64,000 nt of DNA from an uncultured Actinomycetota bacterium (GTDB taxonomy: Bacteria > Actinomycetota > Actinomycetes > JAHEKZ01), in contig CAVQYR010000002.1 in NCBI GenBank assembly GCA_963718235.1, positions 832,001 to 896,000 of the forward strand. The letters are read 5' to 3'. The translations under genes were made by a program, and so were the position numbers. Shown here piece after piece: positions 60,799 to 64,000 of the stretch. The notes under the pieces were generated by a model, which worked only from the letters and a program-made list of their open reading frames with translations, did no database searches and had not been told where the DNA came from. Numbering within the stretch: the stretch's first letter is position 1; each line of letters starts with the position of its first letter.

Positions 60799-61839
60799 CT
60801 ATTTCCCGGGCAGCTCTACCGTCATCAGCACGCGGTCCGTCTCCTCGACGAGCTGCTTTTGCGTGAACCCGTAAAGGCCCGCCAGAAGGCTGGCTCCGCC
60901 CATGCCCACGCCCTCTTTGACATAGCCCTGGGCATAGATCTGCACCCCCGGGATCTTGGATCTCTCCAGGCCCGGATCGGCATAGTAGTAGGGCCTGCCC
61001 ACGGATTCCACTATCTCCCGGAAGCTGGCGGTCTTGTCGTCCATGATATATTTCGTGGTGGCAATGGAGATATCGCCCTCCACTCCCAGGGCCTTGCCAA
61101 GAGCCAGCACGGCAGCCATCTGCGTTCCGCCCGCCAGGACGACCTTGCAGCTTTTCAGGCCGCTCATCAGGCCGAGCGCGGCAGGCATCATGGGGTCGCC
61201 CAGCTCCTTGATCGCATTGAAGGGTTCATCCTTCGAGGCTGCCCAGGGAAACACCCGCTCTTGTCATTGCTTCTTTGACTACCTGCTCTTTCAGCTCACT
61301 GGGGTTGGAGGCAAAGCTGCTGCTCACATTTCCGCTGTAGCCCAGGGCCCGGAGGACTGCCAGGGCGGTCGTTGTGCCTCCGGCTATGGATTCGCCAATA
61401 AAGACGCAGTCAGAGAGCCTGGCGAGCTTCTTCCCAGGAGTTCGGCTCTTTCATACATTCCACGAGGACCGTCGACGGCACTCTGCTTTCGGATGTCGTT
61501 TCCGGCCTGGCCGCCCAGCTCGACGTAAGGAATGGCCGGCTTCTTGCGCAGGCCCGAGGCCACGAAGAGAGAGGGAATGCCGGTCAGGTTCAGGGCCGCC
61601 TTGGTGACGATGGCGGGGGTCGGCGAGCCGCCCGGAGCCTCGGGCAGCTCGGGCATGGTGATGATCTTGTTGGTCTCCACCAGTTCCGCGTCTGCGCCGG
61701 GAGTGTAGTCGGTCAGTTCAGGCGATGTTCCCGCGGCGGAAAGGCCCGGTATCTTGCCGGTATCCGAGTTGGAGATGATGCAGAGGAATAGAGGCCGCTG
61801 GGGACGCGGACCGAAATCGGGGTAGATCCAGTTTGGCAT
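60799..61839 (-). CDS. cobT: Archaeal-type nicotinate-nucleotide-dependent phosphoribosyltransferase CobT, frameshifted
   Basis: IPGLSAAG, PTPA, GDPMMP, LAGGTQM and VKEGVGMGG motifs. Confidence 0.85.
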
Positions 61840-62224
61840 GAGATGTACTGCGTGAGGTTCCTGTATATTAAATCAACGCAACATTATTTAATTCAAGTGG
61901 GATTGTCTGGCGAGAAAGTGGCGTTGAGCGTGGGTGGGCTGGAGGGCTCCTGCGAAATGTGGGATCAAGGTTATGATCTTGCCGGATGGAGAGAGGATCG
62001 CAACTGAGATAACCTAGAGACAGCGCAAAATCATGGATGCCTCCAGGACTTGCTTGGGAGGGATAGATCTTACCGTTCATGACATGAAGGTGTCTTCCTG
62101 CGCCGTCCAAATGTTCTGTTATTGGCATCAAGAGCTAGGCAAGAACTGAAAATTTCGATCCAATTTACTGGTAATTGATCTAGGAAGTTTGCTCTATAAA
62201 TCGCTACGCTGCGAACATATATTA

Positions 62225-62309
62225 TGCGGGGAAAGGGATTCGAACCCTTGAACTCCTGCGAGAATAGATCTTGAGTCTATCACCGTTGGCCTGGCTTGGT
62301 TATCCCCGC
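62225..62309 (-). tRNA. tRNA-Leu(CAA)
   Basis: GCGGGGA/TCCCCGC acceptor stem; ATAGA-CTCAAGA-TCTAT anticodon arm; long variable arm; GGTTCGAATCC T-arm; CCA not encoded. Confidence 0.95.
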
Positions 62310-62835
62310 ATCTGCTATTGTTTCTATGTACCTGTACATGTGCGCACACCTAGCTGCTGCACAGTACCACTCTAGCAGAGATATATTTCATGCATAAAAA
62401 GATATCCTTTGATCTGTCCAGATCGTATGACAGGCTGAATTGAAGCCTGGCGTTATTCGTTATAATGGATGCTTGTGACGATTGGATTGAAATCAATGTG
62501 GAGCGACTCCGAGTAGTTAACGAGCTAAGCAACATCAACTATTGCCTATATCGCAAATCCGGCCATTGCCTCTTGCAGATGGCATTCAAACAAATCAAGC
62601 GAACCCATTTACAGATATAGAGGCAGAATATTGAACGAATCATTACATTTAGTTCCGATCTGCCATCTTCTCAATGATGCCACATCAGCAAAGCAATTTA
62701 TAAATTTATTTTTTTACTGAAATAAGATTGTACCTCAGGATCATTGTTTACTGAAGGCAAAATAGGAACCAATCCTTGAACTCATCCTTACAGGAAAAAG
62801 TCAGCCCGCGCCCCTAGGCCCGCTCCCTCAGCCGC

Positions 62836-62991
62836 TCACGCATCCACATGATTCACGCAGATCCAGTGATAGTACCCGTGAATCCCCGTGCCCGTGACCT
62901 CATCGAACTCCTCCAGCTCCTGGCCGCAGATCTCGCATACCTCGCCATCCGGAACCTCGATCTCGGCATCATTGCATAGTACAATTACCAT
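62836..62991 (-). CDS. Small acidic zinc-finger protein (51 aa)
   Basis: Translated by hand: MVIVLCNDAEIEVPDGEVCEICGQELEEFDEVTGTGIHGYYHWICVNHVDA; CxxC...HxxC. Confidence 0.7.
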   Translation of the reverse strand: MVIVLCNDAEIEVPDGEVCEICGQELEEFDEVTGTGIHGYYHWICVNHVDA

Positions 62992-63092
62992 ATTCAGGCT
63001 CTATATCTGTTCGCGAGAAGCCATGAACCTTTCGGCGTTTTTGAGCTTAATTATAGAAAATTTTTTAACTGTAGAGCGACCAAGTTGCTTTA

Positions 63093-63847
63093 ATGGATTT
63101 GATCTATGCTTCTTTGGCGCAGACTGCAGCAACTGCCATCACCAAGAGACTAGATTCTACAGGCAGAGTCACCGTGGGCGATATAGAGATTTACTACGAG
63201 GTCCGCGGCCAGGTAGAGCCATTGCTCCCTATTATGGGCCTGGGAGGCCACTCTCTTGATTGGGGATGTATCTTGCCTCAAAGATTGGCGGATGATCGCT
63301 ATAAGGTGATTATGTTTGATAATCGCGGCGCCGGACGGAGCGATCGGCGTCCTGGCCTCTGCACCATTACGCAGATGGCCGGAGATACCGTTGGCCTGAT
63401 GGATACATTAGGAATTGACCATGCCCATTTATTCGGAGGAAGTATGGCAGGTATGATTGCCCTGCAAATGGCATTGGATCACCCAAAGCGCATCGATAAG
63501 CTGGTGCTCGGGGCCACAACTGCCGGCGGGAGATCCAGGACCTTTCCGCTGCCAATCTTGCTTACCCGAGCACGCTTGCGTCCTACGAAGCCCAGCTTGA
63601 GGCCTTTATGGCTTTCGATGTGGATGGGCGCTTGGATACGATTCGTGCGCCTACAATGGTGATAATCGGGAATCAGGACGTACTGATTCCGCCGCCAAAT
63701 AGCTTCCTGATAGCCAGGAGAATCCCGGGGGCACAAATACGGGAGATTGAGGGAGCTGGGCATATCTTCTGGATCAGCCATTGCGAGGAGACCGTATCGA
63801 TAGTGACGGACCTCATTTCATGGAGGTGCTTTAAAATAGCTTTTTGA
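63093..63847 (+). CDS. Alpha/beta hydrolase, frameshifted and possibly internally deleted
   Basis: FDNRGAGRS, GGSMAG nucleophile elbow, GNQD and GAGH. Confidence 0.8.
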
Positions 63848-63912
63848 CGGCCACGGTCTTGTGAATTCAGGTAATCGCTAAAGGCATCGGAGAGAAGAAC
63901 ATTATAGCTCAT
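63812..63912 (-). pseudogene. RelE/ParE-like toxin N-terminal fragment
   Basis: MSYNVLLSDAFSDYLNSQDRGRQKAILKHLHE, then runs antisense into the hydrolase. Confidence 0.5.
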
Positions 63913-64000
63913 CCTCTTCGAACCCCAGATCAATCATGAGCTTACTTAAGGGTATAGCCTTTCCCTCTTTATATTGCCTGTCTGCAGATTCGAGCATCTT
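63902..64000 (-). CDS. Putative antitoxin C-terminus (5' end outside the window)
   Basis: ...ADRQYKEGKAIPLSKLMIDLGFEEDEL*; overlaps the toxin start. Confidence 0.5.
   Translation of the reverse strand, partial: KMLESADRQYKEGKAIPLSKLMIDLGFEEDEL

Noticed and set aside
61868-62538. Short ORFs flanking tRNA-Leu (87 aa and 62 aa)
   Set aside because: No recognisable motifs or coding bias; no integrase or duplicated tRNA 3' end seen.
54282-64000. Genuine archaeon-to-bacterium genomic island
   Set aside because: Both junction genes are cut mid-CDS, there are no mobility genes or att repeats, and the segment carries housekeeping content; a chimera is far more parsimonious.
1-64000. CRISPR arrays, rRNA genes, IS elements, prophage genes
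   Set aside because: No repeat-spacer periodicity, rRNA signatures, or transposase/integrase/phage ORFs seen.

Overview
The window contains two unrelated segments. Bases 1 to ~54,281 are a high-GC actinobacterial chromosome. They carry a polyamine/GABA catabolic cluster (speB, saccharopine-dehydrogenase-like gene, APC permease, gabT, PucR, ALDH) interleaved with c-di-GMP genes, an ECF sigma/anti-sigma/ABC/S41 operon and a TetR-MMPL pair. Two conserved core blocks follow: dxr-rip1-ispG-proS, and rimP-nusA-ylxR-infB-rbfA-truB-ribF-rpsO-pnp-dapB-thyX-dapA-rnj. At ~54,281 rnj breaks off mid-gene and abuts a much lower-GC, frameshift-rich archaeal segment resembling Methanothrix (acs, tRNA methylthiotransferase, AI-2E, trpD-like, Zn-ADH, cobT, tRNA-Leu(CAA), TA remnant). 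This junction is most likely an assembly chimera. The standout candidate new system is at 1585-4737. A perfect BldD-type box precedes two tandem 34-aa signal-peptide-like genes ending LVSxVGAGxKWxH (the second is absent from the ORF track). They are followed by a multi-TM sensor-GGDEF-EAL protein and a DUF5317 membrane protein with a signal-peptidase-II-like Asp pair. I infer a peptide-pheromone system wired directly to c-di-GMP. Other notable signals are a chain of three overlapping mini-ORFs before infB, a small dispersed MITE/REP-like element and an AT-rich codon patch in thyX. All family assignments come from reading motifs by eye, with no database searches.
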